Shown in pieces: positions 9,320 through 18,857 of a stretch of 64,000 nt of DNA. Numbering within the stretch: the stretch's first letter is position 1; every line of letters begins with the position of its first letter. The translations under genes and the position numbers were made by a program. A model generated the notes under the pieces. It saw only the letters and a program-made list of their open reading frames with translations. It did not search any database and was not told where the DNA came from. This DNA is from Sedimentisphaerales bacterium (GTDB lineage: Bacteria; Planctomycetota; Phycisphaerae; Sedimentisphaerales; SM23-30). The stretch is taken from the NCBI GenBank assembly GCA_963663805.2, contig CAXXMR010000013.1:160001-224000 (forward strand), in the 5' to 3' direction.

Positions 9320-11122
9320 TTACCTCAAATACAGTTCGAATCCAGCGTTAGCCAAATCTTCCCCATCCGCTTTCAGATCGGATATGCCGTATTTTTTTCG
9401 GCCCCTACCGGCAGGAAATACTTTTGGGTAGTTGGGCACGGTCTTGTTGCTCAGGTACAGCCGGACATCCATGGTTTTTCGGGGGGGAAGCAGGAAGCCG
9501 AAAAGTCTATTAAATGTGTCCTGTCTGTCACTCAGGGCGTGCCAGAATGCGGCGAGTACAGCTCGCAGATAGTGCGGGCTGTGGGCTAACGTACCCACAA
9601 TATTGTCGGGATTGTTCCCTATACATTGGCCATTAGAGTTCCAAATATCCTCGCATAGCTTTTTGAGTTTCGGTAAGCTTATCTCCTCCAACCATCCAAC
9701 AGCATCTTGCACATGAAAAGCCACAGTCCCGCTGTTTGCACAGTCAATCTCTACATCGCTTGGTCTTAGCGAATCCGTTTGGGCTATAGATGCAGGAAGG
9801 TCTGCTATGTCGACAGTCCCGGATTGGTTAAACAACACGACGCTTTCCATCGCATTGCGCAACTCTCGGCAATTTCCTGGCCACGCATAGTTGAACATAA
9901 CTTGACGAGCCGGTCCAGAGATCGACTGCACTTTCTTCCCGTGCTTCGCGCAAAACTCTCGAAGGTATTCCTCGGCCAAGAGGGGAATGTCTTCGGGTCG
10001 CTCACGTAGAGCAGGCAGTACCAGGTGCACAACATTTAGACGGTGAAACAGATCCTCGCGCAACCGCCCCGACTTTAACGCTTCGTCAATACGTTGGTTT
10101 GTTGCAGCGATCACGCGAACGTCGGCTGTTTTTTCCTCAGTTCCTCCGACACGTATGAAGGTATCACTTTCCAAGATTCGAAGTAATTTCACCTGTGCCG
10201 CAGGCAACATCTCGCCAATCTCGTCGAGGAAAAGTGTGCCGCCTTCAGCCGCTTCGAACATACCTTTCTTATCGGATACCGCGCCCGTAAAGGATCCCTT
10301 AACGTGCCCAAACAGCTCACTTTCGAGTAGTGTTTCGGTGATCGCGCCGCAATTGACCGGAACAAAGGGTTTGTCCTTGCGAGGGCTCATGCCATGAATG
10401 GCTCGCGCGACCAGTTCTTTGCCGGTCCCACTATCACCAGTGATCAACACAGGCACCTGTGTTGGGGCTACATCCTGTGCCTGTTGAAAAACACTCTTGA
10501 ATGCAGCCGATTTGGATACAATCCTTTGACATTTTCGGTAGTCTAGTTGATGCCGAAGTTCCTGTTCGAGCTCCGCATTTCTAACCTTTTGTTGCCTGGC
10601 ATCATCCCTGGACCAGATGTAGCCCAGGTACGCACTAATGAGTGTCTGCAGCAGGAAACGATTCCCTTTTCCAAGTAGAAAAACCCTTTGACCAAAGTTG
10701 GCATGTGAGTGTCTCAGATGCTCCGATAGAGCGTTTATCCGATCTTCTTGCTCATCATGTGCCGTGAACAAAAAGAACCATGCTTCAGGCAATTTGCCTG
10801 CCAGCATAGGCAGGAGAATTTTCTGCCCAGCCATAGCTTCGTCCGGGCCTTTTCCCCATTGGTCATCAATGAAAACGAGATCCGGCCTAATATGTCCGGC
10901 CTCCAGACTTTTATCCAGCCATTCTCTTACGGTTCTCGGAGTCAGACGGTCTGTAGGATTGGTAACAAGTTCGATATCAATGGGTTCAGCGGGATCCCAT
11001 GCCAGACGAACTGTGTACTCGTGCCGCCTACGGTGATCATCCTCGAGAGTAACACCCATATCTTCCAGCGATTCGAGGGCCTCAGCTACATGATCGTCCA
11101 ATAGCAATATTTGCGTTTTCAT
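9320..11122 (-). CDS. sigma54-dependent transcriptional activator (bEBP) with atypical receiver domain
   Basis: ITGDSGTGKE, ESELFGHVKGSFTGA (GAFTGA-like), LFLDEIGEM, REDLFHRLNV, WPGNCREL; N-terminal LLLDD..VFIDD receiver-like. Confidence 0.92.
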   Translation of the reverse strand: MKTQILLLDDHVAEALESLEDMGVTLEDDHRRRHEYTVRLAWDPAEPIDIELVTNPTDRLTPRTVREWLDKSLEAGHIRPDLVFIDDQWGKGPDEAMAGQKILLPMLAGKLPEAWFFLFTAHDEQEDRINALSEHLRHSHANFGQRVFLLGKGNRFLLQTLISAYLGYIWSRDDARQQKVRNAELEQELRHQLDYRKCQRIVSKSAAFKSVFQQAQDVAPTQVPVLITGDSGTGKELVARAIHGMSPRKDKPFVPVNCGAITETLLESELFGHVKGSFTGAVSDKKGMFEAAEGGTLFLDEIGEMLPAAQVKLLRILESDTFIRVGGTEEKTADVRVIAATNQRIDEALKSGRLREDLFHRLNVVHLVLPALRERPEDIPLLAEEYLREFCAKHGKKVQSISGPARQVMFNYAWPGNCRELRNAMESVVLFNQSGTVDIADLPASIAQTDSLRPSDVEIDCANSGTVAFHVQDAVGWLEEISLPKLKKLCEDIWNSNGQCIGNNPDNIVGTLAHSPHYLRAVLAAFWHALSDRQDTFNRLFGFLLPPRKTMDVRLYLSNKTVPNYPKVFPAGRGRKKYGISDLKADGEDLANAGFELYLR

Positions 11123-12879
11123 TTGTCTTCTCCGTCAGTTATCGCAATTTGAACCTTCGCTCTCAGTGAACCCATAGCCCTACCGTCCTCTGACCTCCAT
11201 TCCCATTGTGGCAGCCGGTAAGACTCACACGCCTCCGTCGCAGCGTGCAGCAGGTACACCCCAATCCAGTCAGTATCAGGCCTTTGGGTCAGCTGCCCAG
11301 CCAGTTGTCGCGCCTCTTGTTCCGGCATTCCGCAAGCGTTTTGAACGTTGAGATATACCCCTCGGCCATCTCTGGAGAGCCAAACACGGATATAAGCAGC
11401 CTGGCCCGGGATGTTGTATTTCAGAGCGTTTGTGAGTAGACCATCTAGCACTGCACGCATCTGTCTGGGACTGAAGGATAGTTTTTCCCAGCATTTAATG
11501 CTGTCATCATCTTGATAGATGGTGATAAACAAGGATCGATTCGGTGATATGCGCACCACCATGTCTGCATAATCTCCCTTGGAATCCTCCAGGATCGAAC
11601 AGAGAACAGCTAAGGCATCACGGAAGTCTTTTAGGAAATCTTCCGCAGTCGCAGTGACCAGTTGTTCCATTTTCCCTTTCGATATCAACTTGACGAATGA
11701 TTCCAAGTCCAGAAGCTGGTTTACCGACCAGAGCAGTGACTGCCTACTGCCATCTGATGTCTCCGGAAGGTGCCGGATAAGTCGTTTCAGCCCTGTCAGA
11801 GGTATTTTCAGAGCGTGATTCGCATAGGCCAGAGACCGTCGTTGTTCTTGGGCTCTAGCTCTTATGGCGAGATCAAAAGTGGCCTTTTCTCTTGCCCAAG
11901 AAGTCACCAGCTGCAACCAGCTATTCAGTGGTATCCCGGGTTTGTCTCCTGTGTAATGCAGTAGAAAGCCTCCGGCTGCCATCGGCTTGCCATCCTCAAT
12001 CTGGGCGATGCCCGGCACAATTGCGATCCGCGAGTCCCGCATTGAATCCGGAACCAGAAAGGCTTGGACAGCAAGGTTAGATAAGAGAATACGGATATCC
12101 CGCGATGTTTCTTTTGACTCCAGTTCCTGCAACAATAGACCTGAACCATGAATCAACCGCTCGGGGTATTGCCCCATAGTCTCGAATGCTCGATCCGGAA
12201 ACTTGACATAGGCTTCTCCTGCCGCCTTTGCCTTTTCTGAAGTGGCCAACAGATTGCGAACAGGCTCTTCAAGGTTGCTGATAGTATCTGCCAGTGAGAT
12301 GATATCCCCAGACTTTGGCCTATGCTTCAGCGGATATTGACTTCGGAATTCGTCCAACAATCCATGCAGCGGCCGGCACACCTCCATTGCCAACGACTGA
12401 TTCACGTGGATGGTTACTATCTCGGGTGTAAATACCGCGCCCGGATCTTCTGCCTGATCTGTCTCTATTCTGGCCCGAACTTTTCTTTCCACCTTGAAGA
12501 AATATTTTCCCTTAAGATCAAAGCGGATGACTACAAGGTCTCGCCGGGGGGTCAGCTCAAAGAAGAATCTTGCCAACGAAAAACGCTGCGCCCGTTCCTC
12601 AAAAGCCTGATGAACGAATATCCCGTAATTTCTATACCAGTCAAAAATCTCCTCTGTCAGGATAATCATCGGAACGTGGCGATGATTGTACTTGCGGCTT
12701 TCCGATCGCCAGTCCCAGTCAATAAGATTGACAGAGTGAATTCTGTCTGACAACCATCCGACTTCTTTCAGACGATTGATCATGACATTAAGCGCGGAGA
12801 AACGCTGAACCTCGTCAGTGTTGGCTGAGGAATAGAAAGATTCATAATCTATCGGCGCTGTCAACTGTGCCGGGATCAT
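11119..12879 (-). CDS. soluble histidine kinase-like sensor
   Basis: H-box ANHALKIPLTGL, N-box LLTNALKY, degenerate G-box IGVYLL; no TM helix; ATGA overlaps with both neighbours. Confidence 0.7.
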   Translation of the reverse strand: MIPAQLTAPIDYESFYSSANTDEVQRFSALNVMINRLKEVGWLSDRIHSVNLIDWDWRSESRKYNHRHVPMIILTEEIFDWYRNYGIFVHQAFEERAQRFSLARFFFELTPRRDLVVIRFDLKGKYFFKVERKVRARIETDQAEDPGAVFTPEIVTIHVNQSLAMEVCRPLHGLLDEFRSQYPLKHRPKSGDIISLADTISNLEEPVRNLLATSEKAKAAGEAYVKFPDRAFETMGQYPERLIHGSGLLLQELESKETSRDIRILLSNLAVQAFLVPDSMRDSRIAIVPGIAQIEDGKPMAAGGFLLHYTGDKPGIPLNSWLQLVTSWAREKATFDLAIRARAQEQRRSLAYANHALKIPLTGLKRLIRHLPETSDGSRQSLLWSVNQLLDLESFVKLISKGKMEQLVTATAEDFLKDFRDALAVLCSILEDSKGDYADMVVRISPNRSLFITIYQDDDSIKCWEKLSFSPRQMRAVLDGLLTNALKYNIPGQAAYIRVWLSRDGRGVYLNVQNACGMPEQEARQLAGQLTQRPDTDWIGVYLLHAATEACESYRLPQWEWRSEDGRAMGSLRAKVQIAITDGEDK

Positions 12880-14057
12880 ATTTCTGGTCCTGTCAAATAG
12901 CTGTTCAAGTTTATTTTGTCAGAGTTTATGTTCTTACGAAACAGTTCAATTTCCGAGATGATAATCTTACATACAGTGTTTATCATACTCTCCGGCAGGT
13001 TGGATACGTGCCGGTTCCGTTCCGCAACTAGAGACAGTAAATCAGGCAGAACGTCAATTAATACATCGGTCTTCCAGTCTAACCGAGCCAACAATCTGCG
13101 AGTCAAACTGCGCATTACGTGTTGCCGTCCACCCGATCCGCCTGGTTTTGCGCCGTCTGCTATTGCAAAAGTTACCGCTCGAAGATAATCTGAGCAGATA
13201 TCTGCTTGGCATTTTTGGTCCCTCTGCAGAATTGGGCTTAGCAGGCAATGCGTTTCCAAGAATGCCGAGACGTCACGAAGAGGTGTCAGCTCATATATAT
13301 GCGATAGACCTGAACTGACAAATGACACTCGTTCTACTCCAATTCCAGCCTCACAGAATGCTCGGGGCATCTCCCGTAAACTTTCGTCATCACGTAAGTA
13401 TTTCAGGAATACGCAGGTGCCAATCTCAACATATCGTTGAGGCAAACAGTCTGGTTGGGGAGTATTATCGATAGGACAGCTTGACTTTGAACCCCGGTCG
13501 ATGTATATCTCAAGCGAAGGACCATACGCTATGTCGCGTTCCGTATTCCCAAAAAAATTACTGTTTACGCCACAAATATGAATCTGTGAAGGAGAGATTC
13601 CTAAATCCGAAAGGCTTCTTTGAGAACTTTCGTCGGCAGGAATCTTACGACCCATGAATTCTCCACCGCCAAAAACGGTAAATACCAGTCTATTGATGTC
13701 AAAACCTATTTCTCTAGTTAAAAACTCAACAAGATTGTGAATAACCTCAGTCTGGCTGCGGTCACCGGAACTGATTGCTCCTGCCATTTCAAAGAACGAC
13801 AGGTGGTTTGTGTAGCCTGAATTGACGATATCGAATTGCCTTAGACATCTTTGGACCATGCAGAAGTCTTCAAAATGGGTAGATTGTGCGTGCGGAGTCA
13901 GTACTGCCTTGAGTTGTAGCAGACCGACGCTCAAAACAAAGGTTGTACTCAATTCCGGAATGACCAAGGGCGCCGAATAGGATGGGCGATATCCCGCCCT
14001 TGAAAAGTAATCCATGAAAGTTTTTTTAACTCGCTCAATTTGCATCCAGCTCTCCAC
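12876..14057 (-). CDS. alanyl-tRNA synthetase paralogue (aminoacylation and helical domains only; no editing or C-Ala domain)
   Basis: FMDYF..SAPLV (motif 1 region), VQRCLR..HLSFFEMAG (motif 2), EAGIGVERV (motif 3), DYLRAVTFAIADGAKP..MRSLTRR; 393 aa. Confidence 0.85.
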   Translation of the reverse strand: MESWMQIERVKKTFMDYFSRAGYRPSYSAPLVIPELSTTFVLSVGLLQLKAVLTPHAQSTHFEDFCMVQRCLRQFDIVNSGYTNHLSFFEMAGAISSGDRSQTEVIHNLVEFLTREIGFDINRLVFTVFGGGEFMGRKIPADESSQRSLSDLGISPSQIHICGVNSNFFGNTERDIAYGPSLEIYIDRGSKSSCPIDNTPQPDCLPQRYVEIGTCVFLKYLRDDESLREMPRAFCEAGIGVERVSFVSSGLSHIYELTPLRDVSAFLETHCLLSPILQRDQKCQADICSDYLRAVTFAIADGAKPGGSGGRQHVMRSLTRRLLARLDWKTDVLIDVLPDLLSLVAERNRHVSNLPESMINTVCKIIISEIELFRKNINSDKINLNSYLTGPEI

Positions 14058-14061
14058 ACAC

Positions 14062-15162
14062 CTATTTCATAAAAGTCACGAGGCGAATAGAAGGTAGAAT
14101 GTCGCCATTCTTGTGAATGGTCATCTTTTCTCCCACTCCCTGATATTCGTTAAGTCGCCTGATCGCGTCTGCAATGTGATCCAGATCAAGGGGCAGTTCC
14201 TGTATGTTGTCGCAGAGGAGTTTCAATGAATTATACGCGATTAGTGCTGACGCATCAATATCTTTGTCAAATCTGGCCCTGTAATCTTCCGCAACCCCTC
14301 GGTATTCAGCATTATCAGTCATCAAATCAAATTGTGAATGGATTACTCCTGCTGCATAGTCACCCGCAGCCTCAATTGCGCCAGGAACAAGCACAAACCC
14401 GAGACCAGTATAAATCCTGCCGGTAAAGCCATATTCTCGAAGCCTTCGTATAACAAGTCCGAGGTCTTTCCCAATACCAATGATCACCACGGCATGAGGG
14501 TTACCCGCCAAGGCTTGTTGGGCCAGGATACGGGCATCCACCGAGCCTCGGTCATATGGAACATCTGCCAGCAAATGCAAAGACTTTGTATCCAGGATTT
14601 GACGTACAGATCGAGCGAATGCCGAACCATAGTCATTGTTCTCATAAACGATGGAGATTCCATCCGTTAAACTTACTGTAAGTAGGTCGGCTACAATGGC
14701 CTGTGCCTCTTGGTCTGCAGTCTGTGAATGGCGAAATGTGAACTGCGCATTATCCGTGATAGATGGATGCGATGCGTTTGCAAAAAGAAGTACGCCTTCC
14801 TGTTCCGCAAGGGGCTTGAGTGCCATGGATACGCCGCTCACTGTTGTGATTACGATGCGAGTTCTCTCGACGTCCACTAGCTTGCGGAATGCGCCGACGG
14901 AAGTTTGGGGAACGGCGGCGCCATCCTCGGCGACCAACTTGACCTGGAAAGGAAGCTCGCCCCACCGGCCAGAATTGGCATGTTCTTCGGCGAGTCTCAA
15001 GCCGTTTAGAGTGCCCTCCCCAAGGAAGGCGGCGGGACCCGATAGCGGCAGGACCGTACCGACGACAATGGTGTGCCCAGAGGGCCCTGGACGGGTAACC
15101 TTCCAGATGATCGTCCCGGCCACAACGACTATCACGAGGGCGATAGCGAGCGATTTCTTCAT
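14062..15162 (-). CDS. branched-chain amino acid-type (HAAT) ABC transporter substrate-binding protein
   Basis: N-terminal anchor, VGTVLPLSGPAAFLG, YENNDYG; Peripla_BP_6 pattern. Confidence 0.88.
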   Translation of the reverse strand: MKKSLAIALVIVVVAGTIIWKVTRPGPSGHTIVVGTVLPLSGPAAFLGEGTLNGLRLAEEHANSGRWGELPFQVKLVAEDGAAVPQTSVGAFRKLVDVERTRIVITTVSGVSMALKPLAEQEGVLLFANASHPSITDNAQFTFRHSQTADQEAQAIVADLLTVSLTDGISIVYENNDYGSAFARSVRQILDTKSLHLLADVPYDRGSVDARILAQQALAGNPHAVVIIGIGKDLGLVIRRLREYGFTGRIYTGLGFVLVPGAIEAAGDYAAGVIHSQFDLMTDNAEYRGVAEDYRARFDKDIDASALIAYNSLKLLCDNIQELPLDLDHIADAIRRLNEYQGVGEKMTIHKNGDILPSIRLVTFMK

Positions 15163-15857
15163 GGTGCTGTTCCTTTCATAATTGGGCCGTCGACGGCTTC
15201 CACCGTCGCCAGCTTACCTTCGGTCATTTCCGCATGCAGGTCGATCAGGCCGTTGCTAAGCCTGTTGACCGAGTGTTCCACCACAATCAGGATGACTCCA
15301 GCCGACTTGCGAGTATGCAGACAGTCAAGGACAGCCAAGGCCGATTCACCACTCAGGCCTGCCATGGGCTCATCTAATAGCAGGACAGGGGGATCACCCA
15401 GCGTCGCCATAGCAAGGGCCAGAACCTTCCGCTGACCGCCACTGAGCAGCCCCGCACGTTTGTTCCAGAGCGGCTGGAGCAGCGGGAACTGTCCCCATAC
15501 CATATCCTCACAAGTGGAGGCAACCAGATTTCGTCCTGTTGCGGCCAGTTTTACGTTGCTGCGAACATTGAGTCCGTCAAAGATGTTCTGGGTCTGCATC
15601 TGAAAACCGATCCAGTCGCGAATAGCCTGCCCTACCCGGTTGACGGGTTGGGCCAACCCATTCCATGAGACGTTTCCCTCCGTAGCAGGAATAAGTCCCG
15701 CCAACACCTTGAGCACAGTGGACTTGCCCGAACCGTTGTGGCCGTGAATCAAAAGCACTTGCCCCTCATCCAGTCCGAAACTCACGCCATGAAGCACTTC
15801 ATTTCCATTGGCGTTGCGGTACGTGGCGTGCAGGTTGTCCACATCCAGCCGTGCCAT
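15159..15857 (-). CDS. livF: HAAT ABC transporter ATPase, LivF-like
   Basis: GHNGSGKST, AGLLSGGQR, LLLDEPMAGL, VEH. Confidence 0.85.
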   Translation of the reverse strand: MARLDVDNLHATYRNANGNEVLHGVSFGLDEGQVLLIHGHNGSGKSTVLKVLAGLIPATEGNVSWNGLAQPVNRVGQAIRDWIGFQMQTQNIFDGLNVRSNVKLAATGRNLVASTCEDMVWGQFPLLQPLWNKRAGLLSGGQRKVLALAMATLGDPPVLLLDEPMAGLSGESALAVLDCLHTRKSAGVILIVVEHSVNRLSNGLIDLHAEMTEGKLATVEAVDGPIMKGTAP

Positions 15858-16603
15858 CAGGGCGCCTCCTGTAGGTCCAACACGCTGCCTTCGTGAAGCT
15901 CAACAATACGATCTGTCAGGCCCTTGAGCATCTCGCGGTCGTGTTCAACGACGACCATGCCGACCCCTTCTTTGCGAATGCACTTCAGCAAATCCATCAT
16001 GCGACCGATCAGAGCCGGCGCAATACCGGCCATCGGCTCATCCAGCAGAATAACCTGCCGCCTTGGTCGGGCCAGTATCCGAGCCAGCGCCAGCAGTTTC
16101 ATCTGACCGTAGCTCAGTTCGCCAGCCACGTCTTCCGTGCGGTCACGAAGGCCGACGAAGTCAAGCAACTCATCGCAACGGATGCGAACGGCACTGCGAA
16201 GCTTGCCTGACAGACACCACCGCAAGGTGCCGCCAATCGACCTATCCAGACGGGCTTCGGTGGCGGCCGTTAGTACGTGCTCGCGAACCGTCAGATTGCG
16301 CCAGATGTGCGGATGCTGAAAGTAGTGCAGCAGCCCATGTTGGGCGCGTTTCCAGACGGGCCAACGGGTAATATCACGCAAACCCGATCCATTTGCCGCA
16401 AGAAGTACCTGGCCTTTATCTGGGCGGTCAGCCCCTGAAATCAGGTTCAGCAAAGACGTTTTCCCACTGCCGTTTTCACCCACAATACCGACGCTCTGTC
16501 CCCGTACCACCTCCAAGGAGGCTTGGTCAAGTACGGCCAACCCGTCGAAGTGACGGGTTAGGCTGTCAGCTTTGAGCAAGAGTGCGTCGGACATCCGGTT
16601 CAC
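15857..16603 (-). CDS. livG: HAAT ABC transporter ATPase, LivG-like
   Basis: GENGSGKTS, AGELSYGQMK, LLDEPMAG, VVEHD. Confidence 0.85.
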   Translation of the reverse strand: MNRMSDALLLKADSLTRHFDGLAVLDQASLEVVRGQSVGIVGENGSGKTSLLNLISGADRPDKGQVLLAANGSGLRDITRWPVWKRAQHGLLHYFQHPHIWRNLTVREHVLTAATEARLDRSIGGTLRWCLSGKLRSAVRIRCDELLDFVGLRDRTEDVAGELSYGQMKLLALARILARPRRQVILLDEPMAGIAPALIGRMMDLLKCIRKEGVGMVVVEHDREMLKGLTDRIVELHEGSVLDLQEAP

Positions 16604-16604
16604 C

Positions 16605-17471
16605 TCAATCCAGAGCGTATCGCCCAGCCAGCCCCTGGGGGCGATAGCGCATCAACAGTATGACCGCCACACCGAAGGCGATGTTGCGAATGTTTGCGGC
16701 ATAGGCCGCTGAAATGTCCAGGAACCGCAGCCATTCCGGCAGCGCGATGACGAAGACAGCGCCCAGCAAGGGCCCTCGTGTATTGCAGGTTCCTCCGCAG
16801 ACCAGCGCCAGCAGCAGCACGATGGACTCATCGACCGTGAAGGAGTTTGGGTCGATATACTGCATGTAGCTCGCGAACAGCCCGCCAGCTAACGCGATGA
16901 TAACGCTGGACAACAGGAACGACTCGATACGAATCCACGGCACGTTCTTTCCGATGGCAAGGGCGGCCAACTCGTCATCGCGGGAGGCCTGAAGGGCCAA
17001 GGCCCAAGGCGAGCGGTGGATGCCCAAGCAGGCAACAACCACGATGGCCAGAAAGACCGCCGTGAGCAGCCAGAACCACGGCAACGCATCGGCCCCTACC
17101 CCGATCCATTCCGGCCGGGAAATGGCCTTAACGCCCAGCGTCCCGCCAAACAGCGCAGTATTGCGGATAACAGCGAGAACCAATACCTGAAACGCCAGAC
17201 TTGCCAGCGCGAACGATGTGCGGCGATAACGTAGCGTACCCAAGCCGATGATCAGGGCCATTGCAACCGAGACCAACACCGCTGCTGCGACCGCTGGGCC
17301 AAAGCCCAGCCCCAGCCTTGTCATGGTCAGGGCTGTTGCGTAGCTACCGACAGCGAAACTCGCTGCGACCGCAAGATTCAACAGGCCCGCGTACCCCACC
17401 GTCAGGTTGTTTCCCAGGCACAGCAGGGCGTAGATGTTGATCAGGATCAGTACGTTCCAGAGAAAATTCAT
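16605..17471 (-). CDS. livM: HAAT ABC transporter permease, LivM-like
   Basis: GYAGLLNLA..FAVGSY, RDDELAALAIG, GPLLGA, RPQGL; true start MNFLWN at 17471 overlaps the livH stop. Confidence 0.88.
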   Translation of the reverse strand: MNFLWNVLILINIYALLCLGNNLTVGYAGLLNLAVAASFAVGSYATALTMTRLGLGFGPAVAAAVLVSVAMALIIGLGTLRYRRTSFALASLAFQVLVLAVIRNTALFGGTLGVKAISRPEWIGVGADALPWFWLLTAVFLAIVVVACLGIHRSPWALALQASRDDELAALAIGKNVPWIRIESFLLSSVIIALAGGLFASYMQYIDPNSFTVDESIVLLLALVCGGTCNTRGPLLGAVFVIALPEWLRFLDISAAYAANIRNIAFGVAVILLMRYRPQGLAGRYALD

Positions 17472-18352
17472 ACCACTTCCTCCACACGACGATGTGGCGC
17501 GAACAGTCCCGCCGGCCGAAAGACTAGGAATCCTGTAAGAACGGCAAAAGAGACGGCGGATTCCCACCTCGGGGAGACGAAGTACCCGAAAACCTGTTGA
17601 AGGCTGGCCAGAAGGACGGCAACGAATAGCAGGCCGCGGTATGAGCCTGGCCCGACGGCTACGACGATCACCAAGGCACTGAGCAGACCGGCCATTCCCA
17701 TCCCGGGTTCGATCCCGGTGTCCATCGCGGATAGGCATCCTGCGATTCCGCCCGCGGCAGAACTTGCGAGGATGCAGGCGGTACGGATGTGCATAACGTT
17801 CCAGCCACACACCCTGAGCAGATCGGGGGTGTCTTTCATCGCTTTGATCGCATGACCGTATCGGCTGGGCAGGATAAATAATGACGCCACAAATACGGCT
17901 GCTGCTGCCGTCACCATCGTTAGCTGTGGCAACGTGATGACCATACCGCTAGCCGTAAAGGAGTGCCGTTGTGCCTCTATCACCATCTGCTGGCTATTGA
18001 AAAGTCCTGCCAAGATGTTGATCAGCACTAGGTAGGCAGCAAAAGAGCTAATGGCCACTGCGAGAAGCGACGAGCGACGGGATTCAAGTGGGCGGTACAC
18101 CAGAATCTCGACCAGTAGGCCGACCAGCATAGCCAGTGTGACACCGGCCGCCCATGCGATGGGCACGGGCCAACTGAGCCGGTTAACCGACAGAGTCATG
18201 GTATAGCCCGCCACGGCCGCTATGCCGCCCAATGCCGCATGGAAGATACGCAGCGGAAAAAACGCCAAGGCCAACGCCAAGGCGTACAGGTAGTGCAACC
18301 CACTTAGTGCGGCAACATTCACAATCATCTGTGCCCATACAGTCAAATCCAT
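17468..18352 (-). CDS. livH: HAAT ABC transporter permease, LivH-like
   Basis: LVEILVYRPL, YGHAIKAM, FRPAGLF; multiple TM helices; GGAGA RBS. Confidence 0.85.
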   Translation of the reverse strand: MDLTVWAQMIVNVAALSGLHYLYALALALAFFPLRIFHAALGGIAAVAGYTMTLSVNRLSWPVPIAWAAGVTLAMLVGLLVEILVYRPLESRRSSLLAVAISSFAAYLVLINILAGLFNSQQMVIEAQRHSFTASGMVITLPQLTMVTAAAAVFVASLFILPSRYGHAIKAMKDTPDLLRVCGWNVMHIRTACILASSAAGGIAGCLSAMDTGIEPGMGMAGLLSALVIVVAVGPGSYRGLLFVAVLLASLQQVFGYFVSPRWESAVSFAVLTGFLVFRPAGLFAPHRRVEEVV

Positions 18353-18426
18353 CTTCTCCTTTTCGGAGGACGCACACCTAAAGCGGCTAGAGCCAAGTCT
18401 AGATTGAGTATTCTACCATGACTGTT

Positions 18427-18442
18427 CGCAAACGGTATGCCA
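18427..18442 (-). promoter_or_regulatory. sigma54 (-24/-12) promoter for the liv-AlaRS-HK-bEBP operon
   Basis: Minus strand reads TGGCATACCGTTTGCG (GG-N10-GC), 75 bp upstream of the livH start. Confidence 0.8.
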
Positions 18443-18545
18443 AATTTTGCGAGTCAAAGAAAAAACGTAAATGCCTTAATTGGAATACTTTGCGAGTTGT
18501 GGCCACCTTGGTCGGATGACTGGCTCAACGGCATCGTGTAATAAT

Positions 18546-18683
18546 CTCATTACTTTGAAATGAGGACGTTGCCGAGTAACGTTACCGTTCGAAGACAAAT
18601 TTCATCAAGGGGAACTTCTGCTGTGCTGATTACTCATTGTATAGAAAGGACTTATCGCTTCCAATGAGATTTGAAGGCTCATT
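18546..18683. promoter_or_regulatory. candidate bEBP upstream activator sites
   Basis: CTCATT-N7-AATGAG at 18546-18564; further CTCATT/AATGAG half-sites at 18633, 18663, 18678; palindrome GTAACGTTAC at 18576-18585. Confidence 0.4.
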
Positions 18684-18692
18684 TGTACCGCT

Positions 18693-18708
18693 TGGCATAC
18701 GGTTTGCT
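18693..18708 (+). promoter_or_regulatory. sigma54 (-24/-12) promoter for the Cys-rich repeat gene
   Basis: TGGCATACGGTTTGCT (GG-N10-GC), nearly identical to the divergent promoter. Confidence 0.8.
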
Positions 18709-18857
18709 TAATTAAATGCTGTTCTCCCTTGGAACGTGAGGAACGGTGTGATATTGTTCAATTCATATTGTCAGCCCGAGACCGGCCGATTGCGAAATGG
18801 TCATACCTGGACTGAATGACGGCTGGCTTTGGGTTAGCTCTGGAAGGGAATAACACG

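Noticed and set aside
12876..14057. Housekeeping alaS
   Set aside because: Less than half the usual length, no HxxxH/CxxxH editing motifs, several core motifs altered.
17472..17810. N-terminal 113-aa extension of the 401-aa livM ORF
   Set aside because: It overlaps livH in another frame; the permease sequence starts at ATG 17471.
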